Positions 10,195 through 19,681 of a stretch of DNA of 45,591 bases are shown in pieces. The stretch lies in the NCBI GenBank assembly GCA_031400935.1, contig JANNQV010000015.1, forward strand, positions 186,001 to 231,591. The letters run 5' to 3'. The translations under genes were made by a program, and so were the position numbers. Below the pieces are notes generated by a model. That model was not told where the DNA came from. It saw only the letters and a program-made list of their open reading frames with translations, and ran no database searches. Within the stretch, counting starts at the first letter, position 1, and each line of letters starts with the position of its first letter. Source of the stretch: Armatimonadota bacterium. GTDB lineage: Bacteria; Armatimonadota; Fimbriimonadia; Fimbriimonadales; Fimbriimonadaceae.

Positions 10195-11421
10195 TCACAA
10201 GCTCGTTTCAAGCAGAAGATCAGGAGCCGTCGCCGATTCGTTTGTCTCGCCGCCATCGTCCCGAAAATCGCTGCCCAAGCTATACAACTTATATGATGTC
10301 GCCGTCGGGAAATAGGCGAAATCTTTGCCAGTGAAAGGATCTATTCGCACAATTGTTGGATAGCCGGAAAGAGTCTCCGGAATAGTTTGGCCCCGCGCCC
10401 TCAAAGCGATCAATTGAGTCTCAATGGCAAGCATTCGCGTTCTTGCGATCGTTCGATCTCGAACGGCAAACAGGTATTTTGGAACTTGAAAAAAGTGTTT
10501 CGACCAGCGTCTCCATGGTCGGTCCTTGTCAAACTTTGGAGCTTCTTTGGTTGACCTTTGGCGCGCATTGAGCTTCGATGATGCAATAGCCGAAGCGGTT
10601 ATTGCGTCGGCCTCTGCTGCCAATGAATCGAAGAACTCAGTTCGCTCCATAGAATTTGGCTTTAACGCTTTGAGGAACTTGATGGCAGGAATAATTTCAT
10701 TTCTCAGCTCCGTTTCGTACACTTTCCAATTGCCTTTCCGGTAATCGTCTTGAAGAGTTTGAACGGCAAGGCGCATCGAAGTTCGCTCGTTTTCAAGAGT
10801 TTGGGATGGCACAGGTATTCGCTTCAGAACAGATTCCAAACCGGCAGAAAGTGTGCCCAACTGTTTCGGGCTGAGGCGCGAAACAGTTGGAAGAATTGCG
10901 TTCCTTGCTTCGTCAATGATTCCAAATCCAAGAGTGGCATCGGAGCAATCTCCGCCGGTCAAGTCTGCGCCAAATCGAGAAGCGGTCAGCGTAAAACGAA
11001 CCATTGCATCGAAGTCCTCTTGCCGTTTTGCATCTTCGATTCGCCAAACCATTGCCTGTCCCAACAGCCGCCATCCGGAACGGTATTTCTTCGATTCGAA
11101 AGGTGCCGTGGGCTCATATTCGAATCGAAATTCTTTGCCCGCTAAATTATCTAATAGTTGTAGCGGCTGTTGGCAAAGAACAATGACCGCCTCTTTTTTG
11201 CCGGGCGTAAAATTCGTACGGGTCAGATATTTCTTAGCATTCAATTCAGCCGCGTTGGCGGCTTTCTCAAATGTTGAAAAGCTGGACACAGAGTCGGAAA
11301 TTGTAGGTCCAGTTGCCTGCATAAAATTTGGATAAGGTAAATCTGGAGCGGTGCCGCATCCAGCCAACATCCATAAGGCTACAATCGCGACGACACCACA
11401 GCCATCCTTGGCTTGGTTCAT
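10195..11421 (-). CDS. Hypothetical lipoprotein
   Basis: Lipobox LAG|C after a hydrophobic stretch; C-terminal DPFTG..F.Y....YKLYSLGSD..DDGG motif reminiscent of GspG-like C-termini; start at MNQAK after TGcTACCAT-N6. Confidence 0.75.
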   Translation of the reverse strand: MNQAKDGCGVVAIVALWMLAGCGTAPDLPYPNFMQATGPTISDSVSSFSTFEKAANAAELNAKKYLTRTNFTPGKKEAVIVLCQQPLQLLDNLAGKEFRFEYEPTAPFESKKYRSGWRLLGQAMVWRIEDAKRQEDFDAMVRFTLTASRFGADLTGGDCSDATLGFGIIDEARNAILPTVSRLSPKQLGTLSAGLESVLKRIPVPSQTLENERTSMRLAVQTLQDDYRKGNWKVYETELRNEIIPAIKFLKALKPNSMERTEFFDSLAAEADAITASAIASSKLNARQRSTKEAPKFDKDRPWRRWSKHFFQVPKYLFAVRDRTIARTRMLAIETQLIALRARGQTIPETLSGYPTIVRIDPFTGKDFAYFPTATSYKLYSLGSDFRDDGGETNESATAPDLLLETSL

Positions 11422-11496
11422 AGGTTTATGGTAGCACGGATTCGTTTGACGCACTATTTTGGGACGATTCGAACCAATGAAACGTGGCAATCAAGA

Positions 11497-12585
11497 CTAT
11501 CGCCGTTCGGTAGCTTGGGGATAGCTGCCAAGCCAGATTAACTCTAGTGCATGCGACTTGAGAGATTCCATCGCCCGATCAACATTTGGATCTGTTCGAT
11601 GGCCTTCAAGATCGCAATAAAAGAGATATTCAAATGTGGTTCTGGGAACAGGACGCGATTCGATCATAGAGAGGTTAACGGCTTCTGAATCAAGGATTCC
11701 CAATGCACGATAGAGTTCGCCTGGCTTGTTTCGCAAGTTAAAAACAATGCTTGTTTTGTCTCGGCCTGTCTTGATCGGTTCATTGAATCCAATGACAAGA
11801 AACCTCGTTTCATTCTTTGCGTTATCGGCAATAGCTTCTGCAAGAATTCCTAAGCCGTTAGACTCAGCGGCAAGGCGGTTGGCGATGGCTGCTCCGTGTT
11901 CGTCTTTCGCCGCTCGTCGTGCGGCTTCGGAAGTCGGCATGATCTCGACAACTTCAGCTTTTGGCAAGTTCTCGCGAAGCCATCGGCGGCATTGGGCAAA
12001 AGGCTGCGGCCCCGCATATACTCGTTCGATTTCACTCAACGACTTCGCATTTGAAACGAGCAAATGCTGGACCATCACATAGTTTTCTGCGCAAATCTTT
12101 ACATTGGTTAACGGGAACATGTCGAGGGTTTCTGGTACGACACCTGCAATAGAATTCTCAATTGGCGCGACGCCGTAATCTGCAATTCGATTTTCAACAG
12201 CTTGAAAGACGCTTGCAATGGAGTCTAGTGGGTGAAATTCGGAGCTTGATCCAAAAGTTTGTGTCGCAGCAAGATGCGAGTAACTGCCTTCCGGTCCCCA
12301 ATAAGCGATATGAAGCGGCTGTTCCGCGGCTCGGGAAGCTGAGATAATCTCGCGAAAAATCCCGACGAGCTGTTTTGTTTGCAGAGGACCCTCATTTCGC
12401 TCGGCAAGGCTTTCATAAATTTGCCGTTCGCGTTCCGGAGCAAAGAAAGGCGCATCGCCCTTTTGCTTGATTTTTCCGACTTCAATAGCCAGTTGTATCC
12501 GGCGATTGAGCAGCTCAATGACTTGAGCATCAACATCGTCAATAGCGATTCGAATTTTGGAAAGCTGGGCTTGAATTTCGTTCAT
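11497..12585 (-). CDS. pheA: Chorismate mutase / prephenate dehydratase
   Basis: R..ID.VD CM domain, GPEGSYS, PIENS, NETRF and IESRP ACT domain. Confidence 0.96.
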   Translation of the reverse strand: MNEIQAQLSKIRIAIDDVDAQVIELLNRRIQLAIEVGKIKQKGDAPFFAPERERQIYESLAERNEGPLQTKQLVGIFREIISASRAAEQPLHIAYWGPEGSYSHLAATQTFGSSSEFHPLDSIASVFQAVENRIADYGVAPIENSIAGVVPETLDMFPLTNVKICAENYVMVQHLLVSNAKSLSEIERVYAGPQPFAQCRRWLRENLPKAEVVEIMPTSEAARRAAKDEHGAAIANRLAAESNGLGILAEAIADNAKNETRFLVIGFNEPIKTGRDKTSIVFNLRNKPGELYRALGILDSEAVNLSMIESRPVPRTTFEYLFYCDLEGHRTDPNVDRAMESLKSHALELIWLGSYPQATERR

Positions 12586-12590
12586 GGTTT

Positions 12591-12679
12591 GGAAAAAGGA
12601 TTACGGAAAAAGGAAAAAGGACAAAAACTAGAGCTAATTCATTTTCAAGGCTTTATCCATTATCCCTTATCCTTTTTCC
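12591..12679. repeat. Inverted pair of heptamer tandem arrays (GGAAAAA-type / TTTATCC-type)
   Basis: GGAAAAA GGATTAC GGAAAAA GGAAAAA GGACAAA at 12591-12625, and TTTATCC ATTATCC CTTATCC TTTTTCC at 12652-12679. Confidence 0.75.
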
Positions 12680-12758
12680 GTCAAAGTGCCCGACATACGT
12701 CCTGATTGCAAACCTAAACCATTACTTCAAGCTACAATAAGCTAGACCGAGCCAAAAA

Positions 12759-13631
12759 TTGGAAGAAGCGCTTCGTTCGTTCCAGGTATTCCGAACGTTT
12801 TCACCTGATAGTGTGAGAGCGGTGTTCGATATTCTTTGCGTTTCTTATGTCATCTTTCGCCTGCTTGCACTCATTCGAGGACCTCGGGCCTGGCGAATTC
12901 TCGGTGGGATCGTTGTTTTTGTCATCCTCCTTCTTGCCAGTGCAGCGATGGGAATTCGCACGCTTCATTGGCTTATGGACAAGGCGACCATTTTGGGTCC
13001 CGTCGCGTTAGTCATTTTGCTGCTTCCCGAACTCAGGCAAGCCTTGGAAGGATTTGGAAAACTGGGCTTTTGGCCGCAACAATCGCCAATGACTGAGCAT
13101 GGGATTGAAGCGAGAGCATTAGAAGAAATCGTTGCCGCCGCAACCGAAATGGCATCGTCGAGAACGGGTGCCCTGCTGGTAGTTGAGCGCGGCACAACAA
13201 TGGACGAAACGATTGGAAACGGAGTGCCCATTGACGCAGCTATTTCAGGACCGTTGCTAACTTCTATTTTTTACGGGGCAAATCCACTGCATGACGGTGC
13301 AGTTATCATCCGGGGAGAGCGTGTCATGGCAGCGGCTTGCCGTCTGCCGCTTAGCGAAAACCCCAGGCTCGCACCATTTTTGCACATGAGGCACAGGGCG
13401 GCAATTGGAATTTCCGAAAATCATGATTGCTTGGTAATTGTCGTTAGCGAAGAGCGCGGCACGATTGGATTTGTCAGCGATGGCAGCTTAAAGCCTGTTT
13501 CTCCTCAAGAATTGCGCGAAGAACTGAATCGCGAACTTCGCGGAATGGAGCAACGTACGCGACGAACGATTCGACGCTTGAAGCCGAATCGCGAAGTTAA
13601 GGAGGATGAGCTTGAATCTCGCGTCTCTTAA
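12759..13631 (+). CDS. cdaA: Diadenylate cyclase CdaA (DisA_N domain with 3 TM helices)
   Basis: PELRQALE, GALLV, PLHDGAV and RHRAAIGISE motifs. Confidence 0.93.
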   Translation: MEEALRSFQVFRTFSPDSVRAVFDILCVSYVIFRLLALIRGPRAWRILGGIVVFVILLLASAAMGIRTLHWLMDKATILGPVALVILLLPELRQALEGFGKLGFWPQQSPMTEHGIEARALEEIVAAATEMASSRTGALLVVERGTTMDETIGNGVPIDAAISGPLLTSIFYGANPLHDGAVIIRGERVMAAACRLPLSENPRLAPFLHMRHRAAIGISENHDCLVIVVSEERGTIGFVSDGSLKPVSPQELREELNRELRGMEQRTRRTIRRLKPNREVKEDELESRVS

Positions 13632-14604
13632 AGCTGATCTGCCGCTTAAGTTTGTTGCGCTGGGGTTAGGGACCTTCTTGTGGGTGTACGTGCAATCGTT
13701 GGAATCTGCGAAATCTACTAAAACTTTTCAAATTCCTCTCATCATTGAACGGAACAATCCGGAATTGGCATTTGTTTCGGCTTCCGATGGAGACGGCCGA
13801 TCAAAGCGAACAATTTCTGTTACGATGAAAGGATTTGCTGAAGAGCTTGCAGACCTTGACAATGCAAAAATTCAGAAGTCTCTTTTCACTTGGGTTGACC
13901 TCTCTGAAGGGCAAGCAGGCGAGGTTTCATATCCCGTAAAGTTTCGAGTCGCGCCCGAATTTGCCCGTTTCGAATGGGAGTGGGATCGTCGAGTGATAAT
14001 CGAAACGGAAGCTGTTTTACGGCTCGAACGCTCTGTAACTGTTTTGACGACTGGATCACCTCAAGTCGGCGCTGATTACAACAATGCAGCCGTCACTCCT
14101 TCTACGGTCGAAATCGTCGGTCCGGAATCGCAAGTTCAAAAAGTTCATACCGTTCGCGTATTGCTTGACTTACAGCGTGCTCAAAGCGGTGTCGAGCAAG
14201 ACGTTCCGGTAGAGATATTAGACAAACTAGATAAGCCGATTCAGGGAGTCACTGCCAATCCAGCAAGTGTTGTTGTCAAACCCGTGCTGTCGCCTGCGGC
14301 GCCATGGCGCGAAGTGTTTGTCGCGCCAAAGTTCGTTGGTGTACCGAAACAAGGATTTCGTGTCGTCTCGTATAACATTGACCCCTATATCGTCGAGATT
14401 CAGGGCGATCCGAAAATTCTACGAACGAACGTCACAGCCTCCACAACGCCCGTGGACCTTGAAGGACAATCCTCAACGATGCAGCGAGAGGTTAGGCTTA
14501 TTCTTCCCAAAGGATTGAAGCTGAGAAAGCCAACTCGATTTATTGTTAGAGTGCTGATTGAAGCCGAACCACCTATTGTAACGAAGCCTTCCGGTGCTCC
14601 ATGA
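13606..14604 (+). CDS. cdaR: CdaR / YbbR-like domain protein
   Basis: N-terminal TM, repeated P..V.I.G YbbR-type units, directly downstream of cdaA. Confidence 0.85.
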   Translation: MSLNLASLKADLPLKFVALGLGTFLWVYVQSLESAKSTKTFQIPLIIERNNPELAFVSASDGDGRSKRTISVTMKGFAEELADLDNAKIQKSLFTWVDLSEGQAGEVSYPVKFRVAPEFARFEWEWDRRVIIETEAVLRLERSVTVLTTGSPQVGADYNNAAVTPSTVEIVGPESQVQKVHTVRVLLDLQRAQSGVEQDVPVEILDKLDKPIQGVTANPASVVVKPVLSPAAPWREVFVAPKFVGVPKQGFRVVSYNIDPYIVEIQGDPKILRTNVTASTTPVDLEGQSSTMQREVRLILPKGLKLRKPTRFIVRVLIEAEPPIVTKPSGAP

Positions 14605-15374
14605 TCGAAATCCGTCCGGTAGCCAATCAGGAATCTGATATTTTCCTGAAGTTGCTTTGCGAGTCGTTTTCCCTAGATATTGAACGAGCCAAATCAATTT
14701 TCTATAGCGAGCCTTACTTTGACCTAAAGAGAAAATGGGCTTTGTTTGAATCAGGACAAATGATCTCAATTCTCACGACCGTCCCGCTTGAATTTGGGTT
14801 CGGCAATGCTTTTGGAATTGCCGGCGTAGCGACAGCCGAAAAGTCCAGAAATCTCGGATATGCACAGAAACTGATTCAAGCGGTCATTGAAGATGGACAT
14901 CGGCGAGGCGAACCTACGGCGTACCTATTTGCAAGCAATCTGCAGGTCTATTCGAAGCTTGGCTTTGAAGTTTTGGATTCAGTTATTCAAGCTCCAATTG
15001 AGACCGAAATCGCTACATTTCCCGGGACAATACTTTCGTTTGATGAAGTCAGACAGAATTACGAATCTTGGATGATTCAAGCTCCCAATAGGCTACGCCG
15101 GGATGATCGGCGGTGGAGATACTGGCAATGGAACTTGAGGATTTGCACGCAATCCGGAAGCGGATACATTTGCCGAGAAGGGCCATCAATTCGTGAGGTT
15201 ATCGAACCAGAAAAGAGAGCCAAGTGGATTTCCCATGAACCTTCGATTTGGACAGGCCTTGAATCTGTTGCCAAAACGTTAGAGGTGCCGATTGGGCCCG
15301 GCGAAATTCAGACCCATTTGATGGGACACAAAAGCCCGGCAGTGCCTTTTCTCTTCTTAACAGATCAATTCTGA
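14601..15374 (+). CDS. GNAT family N-acetyltransferase (Eis-like N-terminal region)
   Basis: IAGVATAEKSRNLGYA acetyl-CoA motif A and YSKLGF. Confidence 0.85.
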   Translation: MIEIRPVANQESDIFLKLLCESFSLDIERAKSIFYSEPYFDLKRKWALFESGQMISILTTVPLEFGFGNAFGIAGVATAEKSRNLGYAQKLIQAVIEDGHRRGEPTAYLFASNLQVYSKLGFEVLDSVIQAPIETEIATFPGTILSFDEVRQNYESWMIQAPNRLRRDDRRWRYWQWNLRICTQSGSGYICREGPSIREVIEPEKRAKWISHEPSIWTGLESVAKTLEVPIGPGEIQTHLMGHKSPAVPFLFLTDQF

Positions 15375-15384
15375 CCTCCTAAGT

Positions 15385-15414
15385 AGTAAAAGGTGCCCGG
15401 TCTTTCGACCGGGC
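15385..15414 (-). terminator. Intrinsic terminator between convergent genes
   Basis: GCCCGGTC-GAAA-GACCGGGC on the minus strand followed by ACCTTTT. Confidence 0.7.
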
Positions 15415-15445
15415 TATTAGGAGAGAGACACCAGGGAAATGGTGC

Positions 15446-15832
15446 TTATTGTCGGGGTTGAAGTGTTCCCGAAAGCGCAATACCGTTCGCGTTTCCGATT
15501 GAAGCTGGAGTTCCGGTACCTGCGTTCCAACGTCGAGCGCCTCTGTTGCGGGCTGTCCATTCAAAGGCACCGAAACCGTCAGTTGTGGCTTCTCCCACTT
15601 GATTTCCAGCCAATGTCAATAGATAGGTTGTATTTGGGGCGAGGTCTTCGCCTTCGAATTCAAGCTCTTCTTGAATTTGTCGGCCAGTACGGTTGGCAAA
15701 TTTGTATTTTGCCTTCCCGCTTGCGGCACCGTTGCTCATTCGGGCTTCCCAAATGAAAACCCCAGTTTGTGCGACGAGGACGGCAGCAATTCCTACTGCA
15801 ATAACAGATGCGATAGCTTTTCGATTCAACAT
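15446..15832 (-). CDS. Small secreted hypothetical protein (beta-rich)
   Basis: Strong AAAGGAG SD; signal peptide MLNRKAIASVIAVGIAAVLVA; GKAKY...LEFEGEDL...VGEATTDGFG. Confidence 0.8.
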   Translation of the reverse strand: MLNRKAIASVIAVGIAAVLVAQTGVFIWEARMSNGAASGKAKYKFANRTGRQIQEELEFEGEDLAPNTTYLLTLAGNQVGEATTDGFGAFEWTARNRGARRWNAGTGTPASIGNANGIALSGTLQPRQ

Positions 15833-15880
15833 AATTGTATGCTCCTTTCAGTGAACCCTAGTAGATTCACATGCTCTAAC

Positions 15881-15907
15881 GAGTGAACGAAAATCCGCTG
15901 TGATACA
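15881..15907 (-). promoter_or_regulatory. Candidate ECF sigma promoter TGTATCA-N17-CTC (copy 1)
   Basis: Minus strand reads TGTATCA cagcggattttcgttca CTC, about 50 nt upstream of the 15832 start. Confidence 0.5.
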
Positions 15908-15918
15908 CTCTTTTGCAT

Positions 15919-16527
15919 ATGCTCGCCTCAAACGACTTAGAATCGCTTGTAAGAAAGTGCATTGCTGGCGACGGTAGGGCATGGAGCGAGCTTGTGGAGC
16001 AGTTCCAAAACTTGGTGTATTCGGTTTCTCGAAGAATGCGGCTTACAGAAGAAGATGCTGGAGATGTCTTTCAGACAACTTTCTTGGCTTTGTTTCGAAA
16101 TTTGGATCGTATTGAATCAGTTGCGACTCTTCCAAAGTGGCTTACAGTGACTGCAACTCGAGAATCCTATAGGCTCATGAATTCGAGATATGCAAAAACC
16201 ACGACGAACCAAGGTGATACTGATTTGGATGCTGTATTGGCAGATGAGGATCATTGTGTTGAGGAGCAAATTGAATTGGCTGCAACTGGCGAGGCCTTGC
16301 GCCAAGGCTTGGAAAGACTAAAAGAAAAGTGCCGCGAATTGCTGACGATGCTCTATATTGAGGAGGATGTTTCATACCAAGAAGTTTCAGATCGGTTGTC
16401 GCTCCCAATGGGTTCGATAGGCCCAACCCGTGCCAGATGCTTGGACAAATTGCGTTCGATCCTTGCAAAAGATTCTTTTTTCTCTGAAATGTATCAGGAC
16501 AAAAGTAACGCTGCTCTTCCAGTTTGA
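15919..16527 (+). CDS. ECF-type RNA polymerase sigma-70 factor
   Basis: AWSELVEQF, DAGDVFQTTFLAL and KWL (region 2); SYQEVSDRLSLPMGSIGPTRARCLDKLR (region 4). Confidence 0.93.
   Translation: MLASNDLESLVRKCIAGDGRAWSELVEQFQNLVYSVSRRMRLTEEDAGDVFQTTFLALFRNLDRIESVATLPKWLTVTATRESYRLMNSRYAKTTTNQGDTDLDAVLADEDHCVEEQIELAATGEALRQGLERLKEKCRELLTMLYIEEDVSYQEVSDRLSLPMGSIGPTRARCLDKLRSILAKDSFFSEMYQDKSNAALPV
16490..16516 (+). promoter_or_regulatory. Candidate ECF sigma promoter TGTATCA-N17-CTC (copy 2), inside the 3' end of the sigma gene
   Basis: TGTATCA ggacaaaagtaacgctg CTC, ending 14 nt before the ATG at 16531. Confidence 0.5.
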
Positions 16528-16530
16528 ATC

Positions 16531-17073
16531 ATGAAAATGCGCGTTAATGACAGGTTGATTGAACTCGTGGATGTTGCCACTGGGTTACGATCTGCATCTG
16601 AGCTAGGTGAAATTTCACCCGGAGAGATGCGAAGGCTTTCTGAACTTCGCGTAGTTTTTCAGGCATTTTCAATTCAAACCGAATCCGCGCCAGTTTCAGC
16701 TATTGAATCGGTAAAGGCGTTCCTTCCAATCAAACCGATTCAAATTTTCAAAGCAAGGTTGGGACAAACCTCATTGGCGACGGTCGGAGCGCGATTTGAA
16801 ACTGCCGATCAATTCCAAGCCACTTATGAAACCGATCAGCATGAAATTAGGATGAGCTTTGAGCGCACTACGATGGGTTGGAACGTGATGGGAAAATTAC
16901 CAGAAGGAATCTGGGAGATTCGAGCGAAAGATATTCTTGTAGTGTCCGATGCCGCGGGCAGATTTGAACTCCAAATAGACGACATCTCAAACGCAGAATG
17001 GCGAATGAGAACTGTTTCCGCAGAGATAGTGTTACCCTCGCTGAGGAAGGCGGTGTCGGGTGACACTGCCTGA
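16531..17073 (+). CDS. Soluble hypothetical protein, putative anti-sigma factor
   Basis: Immediately downstream of the ECF sigma; no TM segment; helical N-terminus, VGAR linker and beta-rich C-terminus with SDAAGRF. Confidence 0.7.
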   Translation: MKMRVNDRLIELVDVATGLRSASELGEISPGEMRRLSELRVVFQAFSIQTESAPVSAIESVKAFLPIKPIQIFKARLGQTSLATVGARFETADQFQATYETDQHEIRMSFERTTMGWNVMGKLPEGIWEIRAKDILVVSDAAGRFELQIDDISNAEWRMRTVSAEIVLPSLRKAVSGDTA

Positions 17074-19681
17074 GCTAGTCACATTTATTGAATCCGCTCC
17101 GGACGAAGAAGCTCGAAAACTAGTGCGCCAAAATTGCGCGGAAGTTGGCTTTACGAGTGAATATTATTGCGAAATTGTTTCACGCTTAGGTTCTGACCCG
17201 CATTCAGCCAAAAAACTGGCAAGCTTTTGGGAGGACCTTGGCGATGGAGACGACAAGCAATACGATTCCCAAAGGGTTCGCGCCCTCTTTGAAAGGACAA
17301 TGGGCCAATGGTTGAGGTCGGCAGAGGCGACAATCACGGCCTCCAAAGCTGCCCCTGACGACCTCCATCGGTGGCAGTGCATGATTGGCGCAATTGACGC
17401 TTTTGGGCGAGCAGGAGCAGTGGATCGGGCCAATTCTCTCGCAAAGCAAGCCTCGCGAAAATTGAAAGAACTTGGAGACATGGAATCAGCCGGACGTGCA
17501 TGCATCAATGCAGGTAACGCCCTTAACTGGCACGATGAATTCGCCAAAGCTCGAAAGTGGTTTTTGAAGGCAGACAGCTACTTAGCTGGGTCGGGGAACG
17601 AATTCGCCAAGGCTTCCATAAAGCTTGGTCTTTCGACGTGTTACTTATTTACTTCGACGACGAAGGAAGCATCTGATACAGCACAATCCGCAGCGAGAGA
17701 ATTTTCAATCCTGGGTCATCACTCTTACGCCGCTCTGGCAAAGGTCAATGAAGTTCATTGCTTCTTGCGCATGGGACGAGCGGATGAGGCCAGGGCACTC
17801 TTGCTGGAAATACGGGAAGAACCACTTTCTGAATTCGATCGAGTCCGCGTTGAGGAGTTTTTAGGAGATGCCTACCTTAGATTGAACCTATTCGAAGAGG
17901 CACTAGACGCATTTGGAACGGCACTGAGCAGTCCGGCGATGGCATCCTTGCCAATGAACAGGGGCAATTGCGAACTGGGAATCGGAGAGGCTTATGCATC
18001 AATGGGGCAAACTGATCTTGCGATTCAGCACTTCCAAAATGCCAAGAAACTTTACTTGGGGTTTGGAAACGAAATTTGGGCGGCTTGTGCCGAACTTCGA
18101 GTTTTGCAGGCCAAATCATATTCATCGGCGAGCAAAGCACTTCAATTGGCAAAGTACTTTGCAACGCAAAAAATCCGATTGTTAGAGGTCGAAGCACTCT
18201 TGCTTGCTTCAAAGGCGCGAGGCCATATTGGAATTGAAGCGCTAAAGAAAGCAAGGTCTCTTATCGAATACTGGGGATTTGAGCACGTCCGATGGCAGGC
18301 TGATCACATCGTTGCTCTACATACTGTGGGGGCACTGCAATTAAGGGCGTATCGCCGTATGTGCAAATCAATTTTGCGCGCTCGAGAATTTGTGTCTTCA
18401 AGAAGCGGATTGATGGCTTTCTACCGTGACAAGGATGCAGCGATCTCCGAATATCTCGATCTCCTGTTATCTTCTGGATCAAAAGTCAAAGTTGAAGAAG
18501 CAATCCGATTTATTGGCGAGACACGTTCGCAGGCGTTGTTGGATGAAGTTCGCGCACGTTCAGCCCACCTAGACCCAAAAGTTAGCGAGAGAATTGGCCA
18601 ACTTCGACTTTCCATTGCGGACTCGCTGAATGACGACTTACCCGGAGGACCGGCTAGACGAACATTTTTGGGTGACGCTCCTGCGATTTCGTTGCGGAGA
18701 GCTTGGATGGAGCTGGATTCAGAGCTGATTCGTTCAAATGAGCCAGTTAAGTTGAATTCTAGTGCTGCGTTGGTCTTTGCAAGAGGCAAGAATTCGTTCT
18801 ATGCGATCAGAGATGGCGCTTCGACCCAGCTTCCTATTCCAGCCGATGCACTCGCAAAGATGATTCGATGGTTGCGTTTTGAGATGCTCGAGCCCATGAT
18901 TGCCAAAACAGCAACCCACGACTCAGTCGAGGCCATCGTCGCACAGCTAAAAGCCGTTCTCTGGGATCCATTTGTAGTTTCACGCAGGATTGAAAGAATT
19001 TGCCCCGATGATTTCTTGTGGCAAGCTCCGTGGCAACTCTTTGCTGCAATGGATTCAATGGAATCTGAAATACCCATAAGCCCGTGGATGTCTCCTCTTA
19101 ATACCGAAACTGGTAATTTTGCTAAGAAAGTTGGAATTTGGTACTTTCCGAATCCCGAATTGCCTCTTATGAAGCGTGAGGCAGAAGAATTTTTGAGCCG
19201 ATACCCGGATGCGGAGGTATTTGCGACGATAGACGAGGCACGAAATTGTTTGGAAACAGGGGATTTTGATTTGTTGCACATAGCAGGACACGCTTCGCTC
19301 CATCGCACAAATCCAATGTTTAGCGCACTTTGCGGAGCCGAGGGAAAGATTTTTGCGAAAGAAATCGCAACGTCAAAATTGAAGGCTAAAACAGTCGTAC
19401 TTTCTGCTTGCGATACCGGTGCAACTTCGGGCAAAAGCAGAACGGAGATTGACGGGATGACTCGAGCATTTTTTGCGAGAGGAACTGAAAAAGTGATCGC
19501 AACGCAATGGCCGTTACACGACGAATCTGGGGCCATTTTCATGAGTGTTATGTACAATGAATTGGGTGCAGGCAGTCCAATTGAAAAAGCTATCGCTAGT
19601 GCGAGGTGGCAAACAAATTTAGAATTTGCCCACCCATATTATTGGGGTGCGCCCATTCTCTATGGAGGATTCTCATCTTGA
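17060..19681 (+). CDS. TPR-CHAT (caspase-like, clan CD) protease
   Basis: TPR-like helical repeats; LLHIAGHA (catalytic His), VVLSACDTG (catalytic Cys), IATQWPLHD and HPYYWGAP. Confidence 0.93.
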   Translation: MTLPELVTFIESAPDEEARKLVRQNCAEVGFTSEYYCEIVSRLGSDPHSAKKLASFWEDLGDGDDKQYDSQRVRALFERTMGQWLRSAEATITASKAAPDDLHRWQCMIGAIDAFGRAGAVDRANSLAKQASRKLKELGDMESAGRACINAGNALNWHDEFAKARKWFLKADSYLAGSGNEFAKASIKLGLSTCYLFTSTTKEASDTAQSAAREFSILGHHSYAALAKVNEVHCFLRMGRADEARALLLEIREEPLSEFDRVRVEEFLGDAYLRLNLFEEALDAFGTALSSPAMASLPMNRGNCELGIGEAYASMGQTDLAIQHFQNAKKLYLGFGNEIWAACAELRVLQAKSYSSASKALQLAKYFATQKIRLLEVEALLLASKARGHIGIEALKKARSLIEYWGFEHVRWQADHIVALHTVGALQLRAYRRMCKSILRAREFVSSRSGLMAFYRDKDAAISEYLDLLLSSGSKVKVEEAIRFIGETRSQALLDEVRARSAHLDPKVSERIGQLRLSIADSLNDDLPGGPARRTFLGDAPAISLRRAWMELDSELIRSNEPVKLNSSAALVFARGKNSFYAIRDGASTQLPIPADALAKMIRWLRFEMLEPMIAKTATHDSVEAIVAQLKAVLWDPFVVSRRIERICPDDFLWQAPWQLFAAMDSMESEIPISPWMSPLNTETGNFAKKVGIWYFPNPELPLMKREAEEFLSRYPDAEVFATIDEARNCLETGDFDLLHIAGHASLHRTNPMFSALCGAEGKIFAKEIATSKLKAKTVVLSACDTGATSGKSRTEIDGMTRAFFARGTEKVIATQWPLHDESGAIFMSVMYNELGAGSPIEKAIASARWQTNLEFAHPYYWGAPILYGGFSS

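Noticed and set aside
18799..19557. 252-aa minus-strand ORF inside the CHAT gene
   Set aside because: Antisense shadow ORF of a well-supported gene, with no recognisable motifs.
17060..19681. Type III-E Craspase (Csx29) assignment
   Set aside because: No Cas7-11, Csx31 or CRISPR array is visible in the window; only the architectural analogy is retained.
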